Below are positions 49,282 through 58,092 of a stretch of DNA of 64,000 bases, piece by piece (position 1 is the first letter of the stretch; each line of letters starts with the position of its first letter). This stretch comes from a virus (taxonomy: Duplodnaviria; Caudoviricetes): IMG/VR virus record IMGVR_UViG_3300032303_001959, positions 1 through 64,000 of that record, one strand, 5' to 3'. Position numbers and translations under genes: made by a program. The notes beneath the pieces were generated by a model. It ran no database searches, was not told the origin of the DNA, and was given only the letters and a program-made list of their open reading frames with translations.

Positions 49282-49821
49282 ATGTTCATTATAAGCGATA
49301 ATTATAAATGTGCGGTTGCCTTTTTTGGAAGAAGCGGTTCATCTTCTTTTGCAAAAGCATTTTTGCCAAAGGAAGTGGCTGAATCTTTTGCGCCAAAAAG
49401 CGGGGTTCCGTCTATTCACTCACTTTGTAAGTTATGTATGCCTCAATATCTTGCAGAATTATATCCAGATTATACAAAATATGCCGTCATAAGACACCCA
49501 TACGAAAGATGGCAGAGCGCCATAAACCATACCGAAAAGACATTTGAAGAGCTTATGGATCGCCGCGCGTGGGACGTTCATATCAAAAGTTGCACAGATA
49601 CAATCAAAGGAATAGAGCTTAAAGCCTATCGATTTGAAGATGGTGGGGTGGAGAATTGTGCCAAAGACATTGGCATACCAGATTTTGAAAAAACAAACTC
49701 AACTGATCACATCATTACTTTGACGGATGAACAAAAAACTATTTTAGATGAAAAGTATGCAAAGGATATTGAGTTGTGGGGTGGCATCAACGAAAACGGA
49801 AAGATTATAGCTTTGGAGTAG
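49282..49821 (+). CDS. Sulfotransferase-family-like protein, copy 2
   Basis: Paralogue of 47276-47818, sharing GRSGSSSF, YPDYT.YAVIRHP.ER.QSA, AYRFEDGGV.NCAK, TLTDEQK, KYAKDIELW. Confidence 0.7.
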   Translation: MFIISDNYKCAVAFFGRSGSSSFAKAFLPKEVAESFAPKSGVPSIHSLCKLCMPQYLAELYPDYTKYAVIRHPYERWQSAINHTEKTFEELMDRRAWDVHIKSCTDTIKGIELKAYRFEDGGVENCAKDIGIPDFEKTNSTDHIITLTDEQKTILDEKYAKDIELWGGINENGKIIALE

Positions 49822-49857
49822 TATTGACTGTTAAGAGACAGTAAGTAGCATCGATTT

Positions 49858-50331
49858 ATGGCTAAAAATAAAATCCCAGGACTGCTGATTGAAGGGCTCG
49901 GAATGGCTAAGGCAGAGCCCACGCATGACGAATCAACGGAAGGGCCGGATATTATGGAGGCTTTCGCATCCTCCCCCGTTCCCGGTGAGTTCTTCTCTAC
50001 CCTCTTGCACTCAGCCACTATCGCTCATCAGATTCATTTTAAGACCCGTTCTTTTGCCATCCATAAAGCCCTGGGCAAGTTCTACGAAGAGGTTGTAGAG
50101 CTGACCGACGCTTTGGTTGAGTCCTGGCAAGGCAAGTATGGGTTGGTTCAGAACTTCCCCTTCAAATATGACCTGGAGACCGAAGATCCTGAGGCATTTT
50201 TGGCTGACCTTGATTACTACGTTGAAACACACCGCGAGCAAGTTTCAGACGACTCTGAGATCCAAAACGATATTGATACGATCCAGACCCTGATCAACTC
50301 CACCACCTACAAGATCCGCTTCCTTAAATAA
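49858..50331 (+). CDS. Ferritin-like four-helix protein (DUF5856-like)
   Basis: HQIHFKTRSFAIHKALGKFYE...D.LVESWQGKYG...IQNDID.I. Confidence 0.7.
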   Translation: MAKNKIPGLLIEGLGMAKAEPTHDESTEGPDIMEAFASSPVPGEFFSTLLHSATIAHQIHFKTRSFAIHKALGKFYEEVVELTDALVESWQGKYGLVQNFPFKYDLETEDPEAFLADLDYYVETHREQVSDDSEIQNDIDTIQTLINSTTYKIRFLK

Positions 50332-50335
50332 GCTT

Positions 50336-50980
50336 ATGCCTCTGGGCAAAAAAGCTTCCATGCCCTGTAACGTGCCTCGGCCAAGCACACGGCCTGGTAA
50401 GAAGAAAATGGTCAAAGCATGTGCGAATGGTAAAGAGCGTCTGGTTCATTTTGGCGATAGTTCCATGAAAGACTTTACGCAGCACCACAGTGCTAAGCGT
50501 CGCAAAAGCTATTGTGCTCGGTCCGGTGGGATCAAGGGTGGTGACGGCAAGCTGTCTGCCAACTACTGGTCCCGCAAGGTTCTTTGGAGTTGCTGAGGTG
50601 GCTCTAGGAAAGAAGAAAAAAGCCGGGGACGCCTGCACCCGCAAGGTTAAGTCCAGGTACTCCGTATGGCCGTCGGCTTACGCCAGTGGAGCTCTCGTAA
50701 AGTGTCGCAAGGTTGGAGCAGCTAATTGGGGTAATAAAGGCAAGTAATGGGCTTTGAGTTAGAGAAGAAAAAGGGTTTACGTGGTTGGTTCTCCAGGAAC
50801 AACGGTACGGGTTGGATTAACTGTAAGACCGGTGGACCATGCGGCCGTAAGAGCGCGTCCGATGGCGGTAGCTACCCTGCTTGTCGTCCTACCAAGTCTA
50901 TGTGCAATTCCTCGGCTAAGAAAAAAACAAGCTCCAAGCCCATCAGCTGGAAAAAGAAAACTGGCTTGGGCAAAAGATAG
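50336..50980 (+). CDS. Three small Lys/Arg/Cys-rich proteins (50336-50596, 50598-50747, 50747-50980)
   Basis: HFGD...H...RRKSYCAR...SANYWSR; DACTRKVKSRYSVWPSAYASGALVKCRKVG; GLRGWF...GPCGR...YPACRP. These motifs recall aquatic-phage peptides. Confidence 0.7.
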
Positions 50981-51007
50981 CCCTTTTAGGATATATTTCC
51001 CATATTC

Positions 51008-51285
51008 AGGGTAACCTAAGTTACCCAAAAATAGAGGTTACCAGAGCAAGTTACCCCAAAATAATCGCTGTACTTCAACCACTTACATCAAAAAGGGTAA
51101 CTGGGTAACTTGTTTTTTGACTTTCGGGTTCCCAAGCCCAGCACGCACAGCGCAAATAATTCATACAAGATTATATAGATTAAAATATTATAGTTACCCT
51201 AGTTACCCTAGTTACCCTAAATATTATAACCACAAATACTTAAAATGGGTAACTTTGAAATTTTTGGGGTAACTTAGGTTACCCT
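51008..51285. repeat. Non-coding array of 12 GTTACC/GGTAAC motifs bounded by a 19-bp inverted repeat
   Basis: agggtaacctaagttaccc (51008-51026) and its reverse complement (51267-51285); TAGTTACCC three times at 51191-51217. Confidence 0.9.
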
Positions 51286-51483
51286 AAAACCGTTTGATTC
51301 CGTCATGGGTAGTCCTCTTTGCTAGGACCCAGATAACAGCCACCGCTGCCAGAAAAATAAGCTTACCTAGGATTTGCCGTATCATTGACCCTGCCTTGGT
51401 AAAGGGCCCACTTTGCTATCTTGGCAATCAGCCTTTTGCTGTTCACCGGCCTTTGCGTAACCGCGACCTTTGGTCTACGGGTC

Positions 51484-51810
51484 TTAGCCACGACGAGGCA
51501 TCCTATTGTTCAACCAGGCTCTTCGCTTGGAACACGCTTTACAGGTGCTTAAACGACTCCCAAACACCGAATCCAGGGCTTTCGCGACAGGCAAGGCAAG
51601 AACATGCACCAGATCCCCCATACCCCTTGATTCGCAGTATCCCGGGTCCTTGGCACAGCTCTGTCGGATGATCTCCTTCCGGTACAATTCCCTGGCTTGA
51701 TACTCCCAGGGGTCCTGCCCCTTGGATGAAAGTATCTGTGTTATTAGATCGTCCAGGCTTTCGTGGATCCTCTTGATCGGCCCCTCTTCGTATGTCCATA
51801 TAAATTTCAT
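51484..51810 (-). CDS. Cys-containing hypothetical protein
   Basis: RGMGDLV...CKACSKRRAWLN resembles a common phage motif. Confidence 0.6.
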   Translation of the reverse strand: MKFIWTYEEGPIKRIHESLDDLITQILSSKGQDPWEYQARELYRKEIIRQSCAKDPGYCESRGMGDLVHVLALPVAKALDSVFGSRLSTCKACSKRRAWLNNRMPRRG

Positions 51811-51835
51811 GACAATCCGTTGACATTAACCGATC

Positions 51836-52117
51836 ATGCCCCAAAATTGTTTAGTGGATTTGGAAGACCTACATTTGCACTTCATTGAAGAAGATACCGT
51901 CTTGAGCGTTCTTTTGGCCGCCTGCGTCGATTCCCCAAACAACGAACTACAAGTCTCAAAGAAAGCTTTAGCGGAACTTAAAGGCCGGATGCAGGCCCTT
52001 AAGAAAGGCCAAAAGCCAATTTTAATTGCGATCGATGATGATGATTGTTTACGTGTGCGTTTCATGTTCAATGAGCAAGAGGTGCATGATTTCGTGCAAG
52101 ACCTCATGCCGGATTAA
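51836..52117 (+). CDS. Hypothetical protein
   Basis: 93-aa ORF convergent with 52114-52422. Confidence 0.45.
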   Translation: MPQNCLVDLEDLHLHFIEEDTVLSVLLAACVDSPNNELQVSKKALAELKGRMQALKKGQKPILIAIDDDDCLRVRFMFNEQEVHDFVQDLMPD

Positions 52118-52422
52118 AAGTCCGCCTTTTCAAACTCAGTAAGCAACGCTTGCGCGTCCTCCACGTTATCTTCGATATAACCGCGGAGCTTGTGTTGTAG
52201 AACCCGCTCTTCCTTTTTCTGCTCTACCTTGAGTGCACTCAGTGCCCCGCAAGATTCTTTATGGATCTTAACTTTGTCTCGCAACTCATCGCGCAGGAAA
52301 CAGATTTGTATGTCAAGATTCTCTAGAAGTCTTTCAGTGCGGTCGATTTCCCGCTTCATTGCTCGCATCCGCGAGCCCATCTTTTGAAACCACGATTTAA
52401 ATTTCACCTTCTCCATGCCCAC
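52114..52422 (-). CDS. Coiled-coil hypothetical protein
   Basis: 102 aa, charged heptads. Confidence 0.5.
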   Translation of the reverse strand: MGMEKVKFKSWFQKMGSRMRAMKREIDRTERLLENLDIQICFLRDELRDKVKIHKESCGALSALKVEQKKEERVLQHKLRGYIEDNVEDAQALLTEFEKADF

Positions 52423-52469
52423 AGTTTGCGGACATGGAGAGATGAATCAATTAGTCAACGTGAGACAGA

Positions 52470-52730
52470 TTAACGTAATGTTTGCAGCAACGCGTTTGCT
52501 TGTGCCCGTGTCATGCGACTGTCGTCAACACGTACGTCGTAACCACCGTACCACTTCTGCTGTCCCCAAACCAAAGCTTTCGCTTCACCAACTTTGACTC
52601 CCCCGGAGTAGAGATCGTAACCGCCGGGCCATTTTTGAGTTCCCCAAACGGAAGGACGAATGGCAAAGTCCTCCGCATGTGCGCCTGCTGCAAAGGCCAC
52701 CACGCATAATGCAGCGATTAGTTTCTTCAT
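52470..52730 (-). CDS. Small secreted protein with duplicated VWGxQKWxGGYD motif
   Basis: MKKLIAALCVVAFAAGAHA signal peptide with an AxA cleavage site. Confidence 0.7.
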   Translation of the reverse strand: MKKLIAALCVVAFAAGAHAEDFAIRPSVWGTQKWPGGYDLYSGGVKVGEAKALVWGQQKWYGGYDVRVDDSRMTRAQANALLQTLR

Positions 52731-52819
52731 TGTTTGAAACAGTATACTGACAGCGTTTAGTCAGCAAGAAAAATAAATTAAATTTTTCTCATACGTGTAT
52801 CTATAGAACTTAAACTAAA

Positions 52820-52842
52820 GGGGGGGAGGGTGGGTGTGGGGG
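52820..52842 (+). other. G-quadruplex-type tract G7-A-G3-T-G3-TGT-G5
   Basis: Read directly from the sequence; intergenic, at the switch to the plus-strand early region. Confidence 0.75.
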
Positions 52843-52961
52843 TAGTTGCCCAACATTAAGCAGTTACACCGCCCCGCAGCCTATTTGTATTATTAGCAGA
52901 GAGAGAAGGGAACCAGATGGATCCCTGTATCTCAAAACCCCTGCTATAGATAGGAGACACC

Positions 52962-53285
52962 ATGGCATATGATACCCAAACCGTAGCAGCTCAAACCGCA
53001 ACAACTTACGCACCGAAGAACGATGCGTTGTACTTGACGGTGAAGCGGAGCAAGTTCGGCCACCTCGGCACGATCAACCCCAGCTCGAACAACGGCTCGG
53101 AGCAGGCCGCTGCTCTCGCCGCCCTGGCGAAGATCGCCCTCAGTGGCAAGAGCTTGGACATCAGCGTTCGCACGTCGAAGGACGATGCGGAGAACCTCAC
53201 CCTGCGCTTCTCGGTGAGTTCGTTCGTTCCGCAGCAGCGGACGTCGTTGGCAGAGCGGCTCGTGACCGCTCACCTCAATAGCTAA
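52962..53285 (+). CDS. First early-region gene, unknown function
   Basis: AGGAGA RBS, strongly GC3-biased codons, 107 aa. Confidence 0.75.
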   Translation: MAYDTQTVAAQTATTYAPKNDALYLTVKRSKFGHLGTINPSSNNGSEQAAALAALAKIALSGKSLDISVRTSKDDAENLTLRFSVSSFVPQQRTSLAERLVTAHLNS

Positions 53286-53292
53286 TTGAGGC

Positions 53293-53546
53293 TCCGGACC
53301 TCGTGGGGACTGCAAACCCACGAGGAACGGTTTATAATCAGTGGACGGTGAACGATGTAAGTAAGAGCCATGCTAACTCTTAAACGCATCCTGCAAGGGA
53401 TGTGAGATATCAAATGAGGATTAGGCTCGCAAGGCAGCTCTGAGAGGAGTTGAAAAGGTTATGTACAAACCGTACCTGCTTACATCGTTCACCCTTCATT
53501 GATCTCGTGGGACAGTAAAACCACGAGGAACGGTTTATTAAACCGT
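53293..53546 (+). ncRNA. Candidate structured ncRNA
   Basis: Perfect 15-bp helix (53347-61 with 53479-93) enclosing GCAA and GAGA tetraloop hairpins, flanked by two homologous hairpins. Confidence 0.65.
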
Positions 53547-53549
53547 AGG

Positions 53550-54011
53550 CTACACAGTGATAACTGGATTACTGGCAGTTACTGACACCGAATCTTGTGG
53601 AAGTTGTTGTAAAACCGCAATGTTCACTGTTTGAGTTTTCGAGCCTTCCGACAAGCCAAAAGCTGTCGTTGCCACACGATTCACCTTTTCCAATGCAGTA
53701 AAGTGTTCTTCAACTTCGCCGCGGGTAGCTGGGGCTTCTGCCTCAAGCGCATTCATCCCGCCTTCAACCTGTTTCTTTAACCTTACTAGATATGATTGGG
53801 CTTCACCCACCATTTCTGTCGTTGCAACACGATGCGCTTCTGCCACTCGTTGCAGAGATTGCTGCTTGTAAGTTGCAAGTTTGAAACGCGCAACGTGACT
53901 GCGTATCGACGCAGCATTCACGTTGAATCTAGTAGCTAATATCTGAGGTGGAATACCTTTCGCGTATTCCGCTTCGATCGGACCCCAATCAATCACTGAA
54001 CGCTGTCTCAT
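53550..54011 (-). CDS. terS: Terminase small subunit-like HTH protein
   Basis: IDWGPIEAEYAKG...LATRFNVNAASIRSHV HTH, helical core, extended C-terminal tail; TTGCAA-17-TACAAT promoter upstream. Confidence 0.6.
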   Translation of the reverse strand: MRQRSVIDWGPIEAEYAKGIPPQILATRFNVNAASIRSHVARFKLATYKQQSLQRVAEAHRVATTEMVGEAQSYLVRLKKQVEGGMNALEAEAPATRGEVEEHFTALEKVNRVATTAFGLSEGSKTQTVNIAVLQQLPQDSVSVTASNPVITV

Positions 54012-54122
54012 GCTGTTGCAGCGATTGTATCAGACGTTGCAACTATTTGCAAGCTACTGACAAACAACAGTCATTTTAACCACGATCGATAAACCACAAC
54101 CCATAACCAAGGAGACAACCAA

Positions 54123-57100
54123 ATGTTACCTATATACGCAGTCATCTACAGAGGACACGTGCAATACGAGTTCAAACGTCGTGAAGACGCTTGGGACTAC
54201 CTAGTACGACGTGGCTGGCGTTGGTCTGACGACGCCTACATCACCACTTACTAATCCAATTTCCTGCAACGCGGTACTTTGCCTCCGCGTTGCATCCTGA
54301 CGGTAAGGCAAAACAAGAGGTACATATATGCGTAACATGATCCCAATCGACTATGTCGAAGTGGAAGAAGACACCAACCAATCAACCCTTGATGCCGTGA
54401 GCAGCGAGTACGTTGCAATGCGGCACCCCATGCTCGACACGGACGAAGCGTCCATGCGGGCTGAGTGCGTCCGGAGGTTCATCAATGATTAACCTAACCG
54501 AACAACTCGAAGCGATCCGGCCTAGCTTGAACCTCAAGCCCAACCCGGTGCAACCGACAGCCAAAGTACCGGTACCAGCACAGATCATGCGCATCCCTGC
54601 CAAGGTGATGCGTGATGGCGTAGCCTGGTCGCCGACCTATTGGTACAACCCCAAGAGTAACCACGATCGATGCCGTGCAATGAGCGAGCTTCGATCTGCG
54701 TTGCAGTATGGCACCAGCTTGGAAGGCTCAAACGCTTCCCGTTGGGGCGTACAGATCGGGGACAAAACCTTCACCGTCAACCCAGTTGGGCTGACCGAGT
54801 GGATCAATAGTTAATTATTGACAGGCATGTGCTAGTAGTTCAATCCTTTAGCACCTTCCTGACAGAAAGGATAACACCCATGAAAACCAAGACAGAACCT
54901 ACAGTCGACAAGATCAAGATACCAGAAGACATCGCCCACATTCTGATTCAAGTCGCCAACCAAAAAAGCAAGAAGCGGACCAAACAAACACGCCAGTATT
55001 ACACGGAAATGAGTGAGCTCTTCGAGAAACACAAGATGGGTGAGCTCCATACCGTTATGTCCATCAAGAAACTTTGTTTCTTTATGGAAGTATTCGGCGA
55101 AAACAAAAAGCTTTTCAACTGGTTCAAAAAGCTTTCGTCACAAGACCACCAAAGGTTGGTGCACAGTTTTGTGCCGCCTTACATGAACCGCGACGAGATC
55201 TGGCCCAACTTGTGCAAGTTCGGTGAGGTGCTGATACGGACATGAGTACCCTACTAGACTACGCGAAGATCGTAGCCGTTGCGTTGGGCGGACTCGTCAT
55301 GTTCTACACCCTTTGGGTGTTGCTGGAGTTGATCTGATGACCGTCGAGATTGACTACGCTGAAGCTAAGTTCCGGCATGATGACCGGTTATACATAGCTA
55401 TCGGCGGAGTAACCCACAATACCAAGGCAGAACACGCAGGTATCGGAAGCTACGAATACTGGGGCTGTCGTGAGTACGACACCAAGGTAGTAGCCGTTAG
55501 TGAGTTCAAGGACGCCGAGTTCATCGACGTCTGCATCTACCCCGACGGCGACACATCACCCTTAGGCGATCCATCAGATGCCCTAGTAACAGCAGCCGAA
55601 GAAGCCTTGTTCGACAAGACGTACGAACGGGCTGAACAACAAGCAGCGGAGGCAACATGAAACCTACAACCGAACAGATCAAAGCAGAGCTAAAGAAAAT
55701 AACCAAAGACTTAGAGAAATACCGCAAGTTCATACCCAACGAGCACGAAGAGTTGCTCTGCGTGGGTTGGATCGAGGCACTGACATGGGTCTTAGGCGAG
55801 GAGGAAGCATGAACAACATTGAGATACTGAGAGCAGCACTACAGGACTTTGTAGATTTCTACAATGATCCAAACATGCCGATGGCTGAGCTTGTTAGCCG
55901 GGCTCAAGAAGCATTAGACAAAACTAAAGGAAGTTACTGAGGGTAAAGTATGAAGAAAGCATCTGTCTGCGCTAACAGCTATGCCATCCCCGGTAGCTAC
56001 CCAATCAAGAAGCTAAGGGCGAGGGCTAAACCTCAGATTATTTACCGGTACGGCGAGTACTGGGAAGAACGCAGGGTCAGTTCAGCTCAGCGAGAACGAG
56101 GAGTGTTACAGCAATTCGTTCTTGTTAAGAAGGAACAGCTATGAGCTACACCGTACGCGAGTGCGACTGTGGTTCAGGCAAGACATCCGACTGGGTCAAT
56201 GACGGGCACGGCATACCGCTATGCCGTACCTGTCCTGATTGCCACGACGAGAAGGTCAGCAGATACCGTCCCGATATCTTCAATAGATATCAGACGGAGG
56301 AGCAGATCGAGGATGATTATTGATATGAATCTACCAACCATCAATCGATTAAAGGCAGTCCATCTGATGGACCAGTCCGAGTTAGCGATGCTAATCGAGC
56401 AGTTCAACACGCTGCTTGCCTCACATCAAAGAGTTAAAAGCGAAGTGGAAACACTACGCCAAACCCTTAGCTCCTACGTTGGCTTCACGCAGAAGCTGAC
56501 CGAGGAGATCACCCAATACAAAAGGAATAAAAGACCACGATGAACAACCTAACCGCAGAACCCATCAACAGGATTGAACCTTGCGATGACAACCCTAGCA
56601 CACACAAGACCGGGGAGCTACGCAACATTACAGCCGACGAGATAACCGCGATCCTTGGCTTCGAGCCCAACTTCTCTGATGATCCAGACAAGGTGGTTCA
56701 CTCTTGGCTTGGACGATTCACTTACTCGGATGGAGAACGCAGGACGTTCGCCATCTGGGACTACAAGGGATCGCACAAAGACAACAAGTTCAGTACCTGG
56801 GGCGACCAGGAGTTACTCAACGGACTGTTCTACGGGCACTACCACCACGGTATGGGTTGGTAAATTACTGACGCTTATATGTCAGCAACTTATACAATCC
56901 CTGGTTGGTTCAGCCCTGCCATGTCTCGCGCGATCATTCACGCATACAAGGAGGGCTACAAAGCCAGAGAGATCAGTCGTCTATTCAACATTAAGTACAA
57001 CCAAATCTACAGGTTCCTTGTGCTCAGCCAGCACTTGATCCCAACCAAGAAAGTTAGACGTAATGAAGATAAATAAAATGGAGCTCAAAGACTTGAACCG

Positions 57101-58078
57101 CATCAAGTTGCGGCTCGAAAGTGTAAATGAGAAGACAGACAGCTCACCTGCCAAGGGTGACGAGTCCCCTTCCCTCTACTACAAGCACATCGCCGAACAA
57201 CTACAACGGATAGGAGGCAAATGAAATCAGCCGTACTCGATACGATGGATGATCTGGAAGTAGGCATCGACCAGCTTCTACCTACCGCAAGCAATACACC
57301 TACAGGTAAAGACCTATGGGCTATCTGTTCAGAGAGCCAATGGGTTAGCCGTGCCTTTGGTTGGGAGAAGATCGACAAGACAACAACTGATCAGTTCCCC
57401 GACAACAAGGCAACCGTTCGGGCTAACCGCAACACCGGCAAGTCGAACATGGTTTACACAGTGTACTTCAACCAAGGCGCGGTAAACAAAACCAACAGCT
57501 GGGGCACCTACTACACGAGAAGTCGCGTGATGATATGTGTCTATGGCGAGGCAGGTGCACGACGCTTCAGCCTTAACGGCGACAGCGGAACAGGCGGAGA
57601 ACTTCAGAGGATCACCGACACAATGGAGTTCATTGAGTCGAGGATCCAGGCCGCAAGTAACGGCTAATCGGTACGGTTCTATGAACCGCGATCGACAAAT
57701 CAATAAACTAAAACGGAGGATACACACATGGCTTACGTCGTCACAGCGACACCTGACCAGGTTGACTTGTTCGGCAAGGCATCTGATCAGCTCAACAAAG
57801 CGAAGAAGGTACGCGATGATCTCGTCAAACGGGTCTTCATACCTTCGTCCGATAACGGTAACACGCACTGGGCAGGGTCACATTATCAGATCACTGCCTC
57901 TGAGAGGCGTGTTAACCGGTTCGATCTACCCACGTTGATCGAGAAACTTCAGGAGCGTGGCATCGATGATGCCAACGCGTTGGTTGAATCCTGTCAGAAG
58001 GATTCCATCAGCGTCTCGTTCCGATCCACCGTCCTTGTTGGACGGCTGGCACTACAACTAGCGGAAGCAACCAGCTAA
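54123..58078 (+). CDS. Cluster of about 18 small early ORFs (e.g. 54123-54254, 54328-54492, 54485-54814, 54880-55245, 55242-55337, 55337-55660, 56141-56323 Zn-finger, 56540-56863, 57078-57224, 57221-57667, 57728-58078)
   Basis: Tightly packed co-oriented ORFs with GGAG RBSs and ATGA overlaps. Confidence 0.7.
56879..57076 (+). CDS. Small HTH protein
   Basis: AYKEGYKAREISRLFNIKYNQIYRFL; its start codon lies inside a copy of the 22-bp palindrome. Confidence 0.6.
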   Translation: MSATYTIPGWFSPAMSRAIIHAYKEGYKAREISRLFNIKYNQIYRFLVLSQHLIPTKKVRRNEDK

Positions 58079-58092
58079 AGGAGATACCCATC

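Noticed and set aside
51008-51285. CRISPR array
   Set aside because: Repeats are 6-9-bp motifs in mixed orientation with no regular spacers. The Cas4-like gene at 36167 is a replication-module nuclease.
53305-53320. GGACTGCAAA as a tRNA-Cys anticodon arm
   Set aside because: No D-arm or T-arm context; the homologous second hairpin has a different loop.
53347-53493. Retron msr-msd or DGR template repeat
   Set aside because: No reverse transcriptase in the window and no adenine-specific repeat pair found; cannot be excluded for the rest of the genome.
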